DNA from: a virus
Taxonomy: Duplodnaviria; Caudoviricetes
Strand: one strand, 5' to 3'
Virus record (IMG/VR): IMGVR_UViG_3300025168_000089
Span: 1-61,151 of that record
DNA length: 61,151 nt
The translations under genes and the position numbers were made by a program. The notes beneath the pieces are model-generated. The model was not told the origin of the DNA and made no database searches. It was given only the letters and a program-made list of their open reading frames with translations. Below are positions 41,766 through 51,363 of this stretch, piece after piece (position 1 is the first letter of the stretch; every line of letters begins with the position of its first letter).

Positions 41766-42440
41766 ATGAGTAACGATAAAAGAATAGATTACTTGAATAG
41801 TTTTCAAAATAAAATAGATAGCGATATTTATAGCGAACCTAAATCTCAATTACACTATAGTGTAATAAAGCCTCAAGCACAAAACTTTTTAAATCAATTC
41901 GGAATTAAAGAAGATAAATCAGTTATAGATATAGGTTGTGGAGATGGTTATTTTTTATCTTTGTTAAAAGAAAATGGATTTAAAGATTTAGCTGGAGTTA
42001 CTAAAGGCAAAGAAGATATTACTAATTGTGTTGATAAAGGAATAAAAAAAATATATGATACTGATATGACATTTACTCATATTAAAGAACAATACGATGT
42101 TTTATGGTGCCGGCATTGTCTTGAGCATAGTCCATATCCTTATTTAACTTTGCATGAATTTAATCGTTTAGTTAAAATGAATGGCTATGCTTATATAGAA
42201 GTTCCCGAAGCTGAAGGATATGTTAAACATGAGAATAATGCAAATCATTACTCTATGTTAACGAAAAGAAATTGGGTATCTTTAATTTTACGTTGTGGAT
42301 TCGATATAAATAGAATACAAGATATTGATTTAAGTATTAGAAATAAAGATTTTCAAGATGGACACCCCTATCCCGAGCAATGGTGGGCTTTTTATTTAAC
42401 TAAAACAATTGATTTAAAATTTATGGAAGGAAAAATATGA
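41766..42440 (+). CDS. class I SAM-dependent methyltransferase
   Basis: VIDIGCGDG, RHCLEH, GYAYIEVP. Confidence 0.85.
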   Translation: MSNDKRIDYLNSFQNKIDSDIYSEPKSQLHYSVIKPQAQNFLNQFGIKEDKSVIDIGCGDGYFLSLLKENGFKDLAGVTKGKEDITNCVDKGIKKIYDTDMTFTHIKEQYDVLWCRHCLEHSPYPYLTLHEFNRLVKMNGYAYIEVPEAEGYVKHENNANHYSMLTKRNWVSLILRCGFDINRIQDIDLSIRNKDFQDGHPYPEQWWAFYLTKTIDLKFMEGKI

Positions 42441-43498
42441 AAGCAATAGGAAGTTATATATTCGCTGGAGGGTTTACTATTGGCGTTAAAAAACATTTTG
42501 ATATTGAGGCACATTTAGAAGGTGATGGAGCGTACGGAGCAGACACATTTTCTTTAAATTATCCAAATATACCTATATTTGAAGGACCAGATAATTGGCC
42601 TATAGAAAAATATAAAGATAAAATAGATTTTGTGTATGGTAATCCCCCTTGCGCTCCCTGGAGTACGTTAGGTTCAGGAAGTAAAGGAGCAGATGGTTGG
42701 AAAACTGATCCTCGTATTAGTTGTTGGAACGATGTATTTTCTTTACTTTATAAAATAAGGCCTAAAGTTTTAGCTATTGAATCAGTTCCCCGTGTTTTTT
42801 CAGAGACAGGAGGTAGACCAATGATAATGGATTTTACTAAAAAAGCTAATGAAGAAGGTTACGCCGTTACACATTTATTAGTAGATGGACAATATACGGG
42901 ACTTCCTCATTCAAGAAAACGATTTTTCTTTTTAGCACATAAAGGAAATTTTAATCCTCCTGCTCCTAACTGGAATCCTGCACCAAATGTAGGAGAAGTA
43001 TTAGATGAATTAAAAGCAGATGGAATTGAAGCAGGTCATACTGCAACTTTAAGTGAAAATGAAATGAAATTAACTAGAATGGCTAAACCTGGAGAATCAT
43101 TGAGAAATATATGGGAAAGTTTAAATCCCCCTGAAACTTGGAAAAGGTCACTTAAAGGACGTAAAGGAGTTATAGGTAGACCTCAATTTATGAAATGGAG
43201 ATTAACTCGAAAACAAATAATGGGAGTTATTGCAGGAAGTTTTTCTATTCACCCTGAAGAAGATAGACTTTTAGGAATACAAGAACTCTGCGCTTTTTGT
43301 GGATACCCAACAGATTATAAATTTTCAGGAGCAAAATCAGGGTGGCCTAGTTTATTAGCTAGAGGAGTAATGCCTCCAGTAGGTGAATGGTTAGCTAGAA
43401 ATGTAAAAGCAATGATAGAATCTAATTCGGGATTTGAAGTTAATCATAAAGTTATAGATTACCGTAAACCAACAACAGGAGATTTATTTAATGCTTAA
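42437..43498 (+). CDS. C5-cytosine methyltransferase-fold protein with atypical SAM motifs
   Basis: GNPPC (IV), IESV (VI), SRKR (VIII), RLLGIQEL...GYP (IX); motifs I and X divergent. Confidence 0.8.
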   Translation: MKAIGSYIFAGGFTIGVKKHFDIEAHLEGDGAYGADTFSLNYPNIPIFEGPDNWPIEKYKDKIDFVYGNPPCAPWSTLGSGSKGADGWKTDPRISCWNDVFSLLYKIRPKVLAIESVPRVFSETGGRPMIMDFTKKANEEGYAVTHLLVDGQYTGLPHSRKRFFFLAHKGNFNPPAPNWNPAPNVGEVLDELKADGIEAGHTATLSENEMKLTRMAKPGESLRNIWESLNPPETWKRSLKGRKGVIGRPQFMKWRLTRKQIMGVIAGSFSIHPEEDRLLGIQELCAFCGYPTDYKFSGAKSGWPSLLARGVMPPVGEWLARNVKAMIESNSGFEVNHKVIDYRKPTTGDLFNA

Positions 43499-43871
43499 AG
43501 ATATAGAAGAATTTCATAAAAAATTTGGATTTGAAAAAAGAGTGGGTATCAAAAATAATAAAAATTTGGTAGACTTTCGGATTAAATTCTTAGAAGAAGA
43601 ATTAAGAGAATTTAAAGAAGCAATTAAAGAAGAAAATGATGCAAAAGCATTAGATGCTTTAGTTGATTTAACATATGTAGCTATAGGAACAGCTTATCTT
43701 TTTGATTATCCGTTTTGGGCTGCTTGGACAGAAGTACAGAAAGCTAATATGGCAAAAGTAAGAAAAGAAAGTGAACGTTCAAAATTTGATGTAATAAAAC
43801 CTAAGGGTTGGAAAGCACCTAATATTGAACAAATAATAAATATATTTAAAAATTGGAAGGCATGGTCATGA
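43491..43871 (+). CDS. MazG-like all-alpha dNTP pyrophosphatase (dCTPase/dUTPase candidate)
   Basis: EFHKKF, EEELREF, DALVDLTYV, EVQKANMAK, KPKGWKAP. Confidence 0.85.
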   Translation: MLKDIEEFHKKFGFEKRVGIKNNKNLVDFRIKFLEEELREFKEAIKEENDAKALDALVDLTYVAIGTAYLFDYPFWAAWTEVQKANMAKVRKESERSKFDVIKPKGWKAPNIEQIINIFKNWKAWS

Positions 43872-44911
43872 AAGTATTAGTAACAGGATTTACTGCTAAA
43901 GGTATAGGCAGTGGTAAAAATGTATTAGAGATTGCAACAGCAGCTAATTGTTTACCAAGAGCATTAAGAGAATGCGGAATAGAAGTGGATCATAAGTCAG
44001 TTACTCCGGGAGATGATATATCAGAATATGATAAAGTAGTAGTATTTGCTTTTGCTCCTAATTCTTTACCGTCATCTTATTTATATGGAGGTCTTTATAC
44101 TTTATTGAAAAGACCAGACGCATATATAGCATTAGATGATTGGCAAACTAAAGATATAAAACAAGGATGTGGTACTTTTGCACGTGACGGACATTGGAGA
44201 TTATGGAAAAGAGTAAGTAAAGCAGGTAACTCTGTGGGTAAAAAATTCTTTCATGAAGCACAAGCTTATAAAAAAGAAATGGAAGATTTAATTACTCAAT
44301 TAGCTTTTGAAAAATGGCCATATAAAGTACTAGCACCAGTTTATAAAGGTGGAGATGTATCTCAATTAGGGATAGATTCCAAAGAAATAATACCATGGGA
44401 TCCAACTCCTGTTACTGATAGTTATAAAGCAGGAAGTAAATATAATCAATCTTTATTTTCAAGTATAAATAGTATTCCTGAAGTTAAAGAAAAAGAATGG
44501 ATCATGGCTTCTTTAATTCAAAAACAAAGTTGGTTTAAACGACAAAAATTCGAATGGCCTGTAACTTGTTATGGTAATCCAAATCTTAATCAACGAAGAT
44601 TAACTGAGCCCGATTTATATAATGAATATTTAAGAGTGAGGGGAATATTAATACCTCCTCATTATCATACGATAAAAGGAAGTGGTTGGTGGAGAGTTCG
44701 TTACGGAATGATAGCAGACGCAGGTTGCATAGCTTATGGAGAAACTGAAGAAACTAAATTATTTGGAGATTCTTATCAAGTATCTTTATCTGATATAGAA
44801 AAAATGAATGATAGTGAATTAAATGATTTAGCTGAAATTCAAAAAAAAGATTTTAATTCTACAGTATGGAATAAAAATAGATTAAATACTTTTATAAGCG
44901 ATTATTTTTAA
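43868..44911 (+). CDS. GT-B DNA glycosyltransferase-like (T4 beta-glucosyltransferase-like)
   Basis: About 350 aa like T4 BGT; DISEYDKVVV, YIALDD, WRVRYGMIADAG and DLAEIQK align by eye with BGT segments as I recall them; located among nucleotide-modifying genes. Confidence 0.6.
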   Translation: MKVLVTGFTAKGIGSGKNVLEIATAANCLPRALRECGIEVDHKSVTPGDDISEYDKVVVFAFAPNSLPSSYLYGGLYTLLKRPDAYIALDDWQTKDIKQGCGTFARDGHWRLWKRVSKAGNSVGKKFFHEAQAYKKEMEDLITQLAFEKWPYKVLAPVYKGGDVSQLGIDSKEIIPWDPTPVTDSYKAGSKYNQSLFSSINSIPEVKEKEWIMASLIQKQSWFKRQKFEWPVTCYGNPNLNQRRLTEPDLYNEYLRVRGILIPPHYHTIKGSGWWRVRYGMIADAGCIAYGETEETKLFGDSYQVSLSDIEKMNDSELNDLAEIQKKDFNSTVWNKNRLNTFISDYF

Positions 44912-45516
44912 TGAGAGATACATCAAATACAGTGAAAGGAATTATTATAGTAGAAGGTGCAGACTGTACGGGTAAAACTACTTTAACAGATTTATTTCGT
45001 AAAAAATTTAAAGCGAGATATATGCACTTACGAATTCATAAAAAAATGGAAGTATGGCATACTGCTACTGTTCGTAGAGCAATTAGATTAGCTAAAAATG
45101 AATTAGTTGTAATCGATAGACATTGGCCATCAGAAGAAGTTTATTCTTATGAAAGAGCAGATGGACCTGAATATAATCCTTTAAAACTTTATAAAAAATT
45201 AAAAAAAGCAAATACATTATATGTATGGTGTGCTCCTGAAGATAGTGCTAAAGTTATACGAACACATAGAAAAAAGAAAGAAGAACGGCATGAAGAATAT
45301 AGTGATATTACTCGAATTGTTGATAGATACAAACGTTCATGGTATGGTTTAAACTATGAGCATAATAACTTTCTTAAATCTCTAGGGGAATTAAGATGGC
45401 GAAAAAACTTCATACGATATGACGTTTTTAAAGAAGGTCATAAGATTGATAATAAATCTTATGATATAATTAATCGACTACGATATTTGAGAGGAGAAGC
45501 AGTATGGACGGTTTAG
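44911..45516 (+). CDS. dNMP kinase (thymidylate kinase-like)
   Basis: IIVEGADCTGKTT P-loop, VIDRHWPSE. Confidence 0.85.
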   Translation: MRDTSNTVKGIIIVEGADCTGKTTLTDLFRKKFKARYMHLRIHKKMEVWHTATVRRAIRLAKNELVVIDRHWPSEEVYSYERADGPEYNPLKLYKKLKKANTLYVWCAPEDSAKVIRTHRKKKEERHEEYSDITRIVDRYKRSWYGLNYEHNNFLKSLGELRWRKNFIRYDVFKEGHKIDNKSYDIINRLRYLRGEAVWTV

Positions 45517-46304
45517 CAGCAGATAATGTTTGGAATGATGCTATTTTAGATATTCAAGGAGGATTAAAATCATCGCCTCGTGGTATGAAAACACGAGAAA
45601 AAATAAATCATACTACTATGTGTGATATGCGATATCCTATCGTTACTAATAAAAAAAGATTATTAGGCTATAATTTTATGGTACAAGAAGCTATTTGGAT
45701 ATTAAGGGGTGATAATAGATTGAGCACGATAAAACATTATTCTAAAATAATTAGTAAATTTAGTGATGATAAATATTTCTTTAGAGGAGCTTATGGTCCT
45801 AAAGTTATAGACCAACTTCAGTATGTGTGTCACGCACTAAAAGAAGATAGAAACACGAGACAAGCAGTTATAAATATTTGGAGAGAAAGTCCATATGCGA
45901 CTAACGATATACCTTGTACTATATCATTTCAATTTTTAATTCGTGAAGATAAATTACATATTATAGCTAACATGAGGTCTAATGATTTATGGTTAGGCTG
46001 GCCTTACGATAATTTTAATTTTTCTATGCTCGGCGCATACGTTGCTTTATTATTAAAAGACATATATAATATAGAAGTGGGACTAGGAATAACGACTATT
46101 AATGCAGGGTCACGTCACTTATATGAACCTAACTTTGAGTCAGCAGATATGTGTACACATTCTAATTATGAAGATTATGTTAACTATAAACCATTGAATT
46201 TAAAGGATTATACTAGTGCAGAAAATTTCTTAGACCATTTAGAATTTGTATCTTTACCTAACTCTAAAGGATTTGCACATGAATTTTTTAATGAGACCAA
46301 ATAA
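45504..46304 (+). CDS. thymidylate-synthase-fold enzyme, probable dCMP hydroxymethyltransferase
   Basis: GAYGP, TRQAVI, DIPCT, MRSNDLWLGWPYD (Asp at the dUMP-specifying Asn position), GSRHLY. Confidence 0.8.
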   Translation: MDGLAADNVWNDAILDIQGGLKSSPRGMKTREKINHTTMCDMRYPIVTNKKRLLGYNFMVQEAIWILRGDNRLSTIKHYSKIISKFSDDKYFFRGAYGPKVIDQLQYVCHALKEDRNTRQAVINIWRESPYATNDIPCTISFQFLIREDKLHIIANMRSNDLWLGWPYDNFNFSMLGAYVALLLKDIYNIEVGLGITTINAGSRHLYEPNFESADMCTHSNYEDYVNYKPLNLKDYTSAENFLDHLEFVSLPNSKGFAHEFFNETK

Positions 46305-46740
46305 GAACGAAACTTTTTTAGACATTGCCCAGACAGTATCGGAACAAGCAACATGCATCCGGCGTAATGTTGGGTGTGTGTTAGTTAATTCAAAAAATCA
46401 TATTCTTGCGACAGGGTATAACGGAGTTCCTGCAGGAGCAGTGCACTGTTTAGATTTACCTTGCGCTGGAGCAGAACTTCCATCAGGAGAAGGATTAGAT
46501 TCTTGCGAAGCGATTCACGCAGAGCAAAATGCATTACTTCAATGCAAAGATATTTATGATATTGAAAAATGTTATTGCACAGTAAGTCCGTGTATGACGT
46601 GTGTTAAATTATTATTAAACACTTCTTGTAGTATTTTAATTTTTCCTACTTTATATACTGATACAGAACCATTAGAACTTTGGAAAAAAGCAGAAAGAGA
46701 GTATATTATTTATGAACGACTTATTCAAACCCGTCAGTAA
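46279..46740 (+). CDS. dCMP deaminase
   Basis: TCIRRNVGC, TGYNG, HAEQNA, SPCMTC zinc motifs. Confidence 0.92.
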   Translation: MNFLMRPNKNETFLDIAQTVSEQATCIRRNVGCVLVNSKNHILATGYNGVPAGAVHCLDLPCAGAELPSGEGLDSCEAIHAEQNALLQCKDIYDIEKCYCTVSPCMTCVKLLLNTSCSILIFPTLYTDTEPLELWKKAEREYIIYERLIQTRQ

Positions 46741-48583
46741 TTGGAGACCTCCCGAGGTTTTAATTAATTACAGCGACTCAAAATGTTTAGCTATTGATAC
46801 TGAAACGTATGACCCTAATTTAAAAAAGAATGGACCTGGAGGATTTCGTAACGATGGATTTGTCGTTGGTATTTCTCTATGCGATGAAGCAAGAAGAAAA
46901 TGTTATTTACCTATAGCACATCAAGAGGGCGGTAATCTTCCTAAAGAGTTAATCATCTCTTATTTAAAAAACGCACTGGAGACGACTAAAACGAAGATTT
47001 TCGCTAATGCATTATATGATTTAGAGTGGCTATCTACTTTAGGAATAAATACTCAAGGAAAAGTATATGATATTCAAGTAGCAGAAACTTTACTTAATGA
47101 GAATCGTAGGTCGTTTTCTTTAGATAATATATCAGCGGATTATTTAGGTGAAAAGAAAGATGAATCACTTTTAGAAGAAGCTGTGAGAACTCATTTTTCT
47201 GGAAAAGCTAATGTAAAAGGAAGTTTATGGAAACTTCATTCATCATATGTTGGTCCATATGCTGAGAAAGATGCTGAGTTGACGATGCAAGTTTTTAAAA
47301 AACAATATCCTTTATTACGGCAAGAAGATTTATTACCTGTACTTGATATGGAACAACGTATGATTCCTCTTTTGTTATCGATGAGAAAGAAAGGTGTTCG
47401 AGTTGACATTGAGAAAGCATCGAAGCTAAAGGATACGATTTACTTAAAACAAAATGAAACGCAAAAACAGTTAAACCATATTATAGGTGGAGAAGTAAAT
47501 GTATGGGCTAATGAAAGTATAGCGAGAGCATATGATTCACAGAATATTAAATACACATACACGGCCAAAGGATCACCATCATTTACTCAAGACTGGTTAA
47601 ACACTGCAGGAGATAATATTAGTCCTTTAATTTTACGAGTGCGAAAACTCTATAAATTAAAAAGCACATTCATTGAAAACATGATTATTAATAAATCAGT
47701 TAATGGAAGATTACATTGTCAATTACATTCGACAGGAACAGTAACAGGACGATTTAGTTCATCACATCCTAATCTTCAACAAGTACCTGCGCACGATCCC
47801 GAGTTAGCGCCATTAGTAAGAGGTTTATTTATTCCTGAAGAAGAACACGATTGGGTATGTGTAGATTATGCACAGCAAGAGCCACGATTACTCGTTCACT
47901 TCGCAAGTAAAACAAATAATCGTTCAGCAAAATTGGCACAGAATTTATACAAAAACGATACACAAACTGACTTTCATACGATGGTTGCAGAGATGGCTGG
48001 AATCAAGAGAAAACAAGCAAAAACTATTAATCTTGGCTTAACTTATGGCATGGGAAAAAAGAAATTAGCAGCGGAATTAGGACTAAGTTTTGATGACGCA
48101 GAATCTCTCTTTGAGAAGTATCATCGCAATGTTCCTTTCGTTCAAGCATTGAACAATCAAGCTATCGCATTCGCTTCGACTAAAGGTTATATTAAAACTT
48201 TATTAGGAAGGCGCAGGCATTTTAATTTATATGAACCAACTGGTTGGGATAACTTTGGTAAGCCTGCGTATCCGATTGAGAAAGCGAAAGAAGTGTATAA
48301 AGGAATGATATTGAAAAGAGCACAAACACATAAAGCTTTAAACTGCTTGATCCAAGGATCAGCCGCTGATGTTACAAAAGCAGCTATGTTAAAAGTATGG
48401 GATAGTAAGATTATGGATATAGGATTAACGATACATGATGAGTTAGACTTCTCAGTACCTCGCACGAAAGAGGGTGAAGAAAAACTTAATGAAGTAGTTA
48501 ATATTATGAAGAACGCAGTTACATTAAATGTTCCATTAGAGGTAGACGTTGAGAGAGGAGCAAGTTGGGGAGAGATTAAGTGA
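46712..48583 (+). CDS. polA: family A DNA polymerase with 3'-5' exonuclease
   Basis: IDTET, TGRFSSSHPNLQQ, DYAQQEPR, KTINLGLTYG, IQGSAAD, IHDEL. Confidence 0.95.
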   Translation: MNDLFKPVSNWRPPEVLINYSDSKCLAIDTETYDPNLKKNGPGGFRNDGFVVGISLCDEARRKCYLPIAHQEGGNLPKELIISYLKNALETTKTKIFANALYDLEWLSTLGINTQGKVYDIQVAETLLNENRRSFSLDNISADYLGEKKDESLLEEAVRTHFSGKANVKGSLWKLHSSYVGPYAEKDAELTMQVFKKQYPLLRQEDLLPVLDMEQRMIPLLLSMRKKGVRVDIEKASKLKDTIYLKQNETQKQLNHIIGGEVNVWANESIARAYDSQNIKYTYTAKGSPSFTQDWLNTAGDNISPLILRVRKLYKLKSTFIENMIINKSVNGRLHCQLHSTGTVTGRFSSSHPNLQQVPAHDPELAPLVRGLFIPEEEHDWVCVDYAQQEPRLLVHFASKTNNRSAKLAQNLYKNDTQTDFHTMVAEMAGIKRKQAKTINLGLTYGMGKKKLAAELGLSFDDAESLFEKYHRNVPFVQALNNQAIAFASTKGYIKTLLGRRRHFNLYEPTGWDNFGKPAYPIEKAKEVYKGMILKRAQTHKALNCLIQGSAADVTKAAMLKVWDSKIMDIGLTIHDELDFSVPRTKEGEEKLNEVVNIMKNAVTLNVPLEVDVERGASWGEIK

Positions 48584-48978
48584 GTGAAAAAAATCTTTGG
48601 AATGCATGTAGAAAAAAATGGCCTGATATTTTTCTTCAAAGAATTGAAACTGCAGTTGAAAGAGGAATCCCCGATTTATTTTATTGCCATGACGGAGTCA
48701 TGGGTTGGGTCGAAGGAAAGTACATCGATAAGCCCGTTCATAAAACAAGTAAATGTAGGACGAAAGTATCAGTAGAACAGATAGCTTGGCACCGGTCTTT
48801 TAAACGAAATAAAGGTGCGGTATTTCTACTAGTAAAAGTATCGAGAGAAGTTTATTTATTCGACACAGGCGAAGCAGAGAAGCTAAATTCCGGCGTTGTT
48901 TATACGAAATTAAGCGAATTAGCTTTAGCTGAAGGGTGGGACGAAATTAAAGAATATTTGATAAAAAAGAAGAATTAA
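48580..48978 (+). CDS. VRR-NUC / Holliday-junction resolvase-like nuclease
   Basis: RIET...GIPDL...WVEGK...EQIAW. Confidence 0.8.
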   Translation: MSEKNLWNACRKKWPDIFLQRIETAVERGIPDLFYCHDGVMGWVEGKYIDKPVHKTSKCRTKVSVEQIAWHRSFKRNKGAVFLLVKVSREVYLFDTGEAEKLNSGVVYTKLSELALAEGWDEIKEYLIKKKN

Positions 48979-49035
48979 CTGTTTTATTGTTTTTAAAAAT
49001 AATTATTATAGTAAAGTAACAGAAAGGAAAAATTT
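48979..49035 (+). promoter_or_regulatory. early promoter plus AGAAAGGA SD (member of repeated family)
   Basis: GTTT..N..TATTATA then AGAAAGGAAA; same layout recurs near 51300, 53975, 54785, 55440, 56160, 57005, 58365, 59040. Confidence 0.6.
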
Positions 49036-49794
49036 ATGGATAATAAAGAATCTATAAAAGGCAAAATACAGAAGTTGTTAGCTTTATCTCGTGACGAAGG
49101 TGCGAGTGAAGCAGAAGCTGCTTTTGCATTTAAGAAAGCGCACGAACTCCTCTCAACTTATAATTTAGATTTATCGGATATTAAAGAAGTTAATGCCGAT
49201 GAAATTCTACATGAAAAGATGATAGAAGTTATGCGAGAAGAATGGATCAAGACACTATATACATCTACTGCTAAATTATATTTTTGTAAATATTATTATA
49301 CTACAAAAAGAGTAATAGATAATATGTATAAAGAAACAAATAAAGTAGAACATAATATAGTAGGACGAGATCATAATATTGAGATTACGAAAAGTATGGT
49401 AACTTATTTTGTTGAAACTATTAAACGTATGGGAGAAACGCACGTAGCTCCTATACCTGGAGATGGTAGACAAATTAATAAAATCAGACGTAATTATGAA
49501 TTAGGTATCTCTCATCGATTAGGTGAAAGAGTAAGAGAACTTTATGCAGCGAGTGTTCGTCATGATCCCTCTGATAAGATAGAAAATCAAAATAAAAATC
49601 TTCCTGCTCTTTATAAAACAGAATTACAGCTCTGTGGAGATAAATTAGAGAGTGAAGGTATACGATTAACTTCAAAACGAAGTAGTGCGAGTATTACTGC
49701 TGGCGCTGCATATCGAAATGGTAAACGAGATGGTAATAATATTAATTTAAGTGGACAGATAACTGGGAGGGCATCACGTCATCTTTTAGGTTAG
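49036..49794 (+). CDS. DUF2786-domain protein
   Basis: KIQKLLALS..EAEA..A..KAHELLSTYNL N-terminus. Confidence 0.8.
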   Translation: MDNKESIKGKIQKLLALSRDEGASEAEAAFAFKKAHELLSTYNLDLSDIKEVNADEILHEKMIEVMREEWIKTLYTSTAKLYFCKYYYTTKRVIDNMYKETNKVEHNIVGRDHNIEITKSMVTYFVETIKRMGETHVAPIPGDGRQINKIRRNYELGISHRLGERVRELYAASVRHDPSDKIENQNKNLPALYKTELQLCGDKLESEGIRLTSKRSSASITAGAAYRNGKRDGNNINLSGQITGRASRHLLG

Positions 49795-49811
49795 ATATAG
49801 ATAAAACACCG

Positions 49812-50075
49812 ATGGTTCGTATCACGTGGTTAGATGCCCGTGATACGGAAACTGGTTGGCTCGATATAAAAGATGTTATCGATGCGCCATTAGCGTTATG
49901 TCAAGAAGTCGGCTGGATGGTTACCAGTAATGAAGATAAAGTAGTTATCATGCGTTCTTATAGTAAAGATAAAGATGAAGTATCGGGCGGTGGAGCTATT
50001 GCTATACCTAAAGGTTGGGTTAAAAAAATAGAATATTTAGAGGTATCATATGGAGAAAGAAGCGATAATAGGTAA
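49812..50075 (+). CDS. conserved hypothetical phage protein
   Basis: VRITWLDA...GW...IPKGWVKKI. Confidence 0.7.
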   Translation: MVRITWLDARDTETGWLDIKDVIDAPLALCQEVGWMVTSNEDKVVIMRSYSKDKDEVSGGGAIAIPKGWVKKIEYLEVSYGERSDNR

Positions 50076-50754
50076 TGTCTTTGGCAAAACGATTTATAAA
50101 TCGTCAATCAAGGGTCATCAATATTTAAATAGTAAAGTCAAACCTCTCATTGAGAAGTTTGTAAAAGAAAAACCAGGAACTGTAGCGGCGACTACAGATG
50201 TTAAAGGTAATCTTAAAGCAACGATATTAGAAAATGCTATTGATGATTTACATTTACAAGATGACTATAAAGAATTGTTCGATGCATTAGCTTTTGATAT
50301 AAAAGGATTTATGGCGGCGAAGTCTTATGACGATAGTAAATTTGATATAAATATTACGAAAGCATGGGCTACGTTTACATCGAAAGGTCAAAATATCCCA
50401 TCACATAAACATACGGCATCACATTATAGTTGTGTTTATTATGTGCATAATGAAGGTATGGGAGATATTAAATTTGAGCAAGAACTTTATTCACACGATG
50501 GATTTTTTATTCCACCAACAGATGCTTATATTAAAGAATGGAATCAATTTAATTTTGCGAGTTATAAATTTGAAGTAAAGTCAGGAGATTTTATTATATT
50601 TCCTAGTGGCTTACTTCATCAAACTGAAACGAATACGAAAGACACTCCACGCATAAGTATTTCGGCGGATATTCTTTTGACTATGAGAGAGGGGGTTAGC
50701 ACAGAACATTGTATTCCAAGTCCAAAAAGTTGGAAAACAATATATACTTCATAA
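50050..50754 (+). CDS. 2OG-Fe(II) oxygenase-like protein
   Basis: HKH, SCVYYV, FPSGLLH, RISIS. Confidence 0.85.
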   Translation: MEKEAIIGNVFGKTIYKSSIKGHQYLNSKVKPLIEKFVKEKPGTVAATTDVKGNLKATILENAIDDLHLQDDYKELFDALAFDIKGFMAAKSYDDSKFDINITKAWATFTSKGQNIPSHKHTASHYSCVYYVHNEGMGDIKFEQELYSHDGFFIPPTDAYIKEWNQFNFASYKFEVKSGDFIIFPSGLLHQTETNTKDTPRISISADILLTMREGVSTEHCIPSPKSWKTIYTS

Positions 50755-50776
50755 GAAGATTATACTATAGTGACTA

Positions 50777-51013
50777 ATGTCGTTTTTAGTTGCTCATAAA
50801 GTGAAAGTTACTTATACAGATTTTAGAGATAAAATAAAAACATATAGTTTTGAAGAGTATGATAGTCCTTTATTATACCCTCGCATTTCATATATAGTAA
50901 ATCTTATTTCTGACGTAAAGTACATCATGGATATTAATATCATCCCTGATATTAATAAGAAAGTAAGGGATCATCCTTTCGATCAGCTTGAGGGTAATCA
51001 CACAATACATTAG
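50777..51013 (+). CDS. hypothetical protein
   Basis: 78 aa ORF filling gap; weak SD. Confidence 0.5.
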   Translation: MSFLVAHKVKVTYTDFRDKIKTYSFEEYDSPLLYPRISYIVNLISDVKYIMDINIIPDINKKVRDHPFDQLEGNHTIH

Positions 51014-51021
51014 GAGAATAT

Positions 51022-51300
51022 ATGAGCAATATTTTATTTGCAGATAAGAAACTTTTACAAAGTTATAATATATACAATCGAAATAACTTTGATCACGGCT
51101 ATGACGATAAGGAATTTGAAGATTTAGATGAGACTGTCTTATATCCTGTATCGAAAGTTGATAAAAGTCGAAAAGATACTAATCATCGAGTATATCAGTT
51201 TTTATTGAACGATAAGGGTAAATTTTGCATTTTCTACTTAGATGAAGATAATTCAGCGAAACTTCAGTCTATGAAAATACCGAACAATTTAATTAATTAA
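51022..51300 (+). CDS. hypothetical protein
   Basis: AGGAG SD; resembles 54030. Confidence 0.7.
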   Translation: MSNILFADKKLLQSYNIYNRNNFDHGYDDKEFEDLDETVLYPVSKVDKSRKDTNHRVYQFLLNDKGKFCIFYLDEDNSAKLQSMKIPNNLIN

Positions 51301-51363
51301 TAGGTTTATAAGGTTTTAAAAAAGTTTAATATAAGAAATAACCATAAAGAAAGGAAAAACCAT

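Noticed and set aside
50050-50754. TET/JBP-type 5mC oxidase completing a methylate-then-oxidise route
   Set aside because: HxH pattern of the common marine phage oxygenase family rather than TET HxD, and outside the modification operon; not fully excluded
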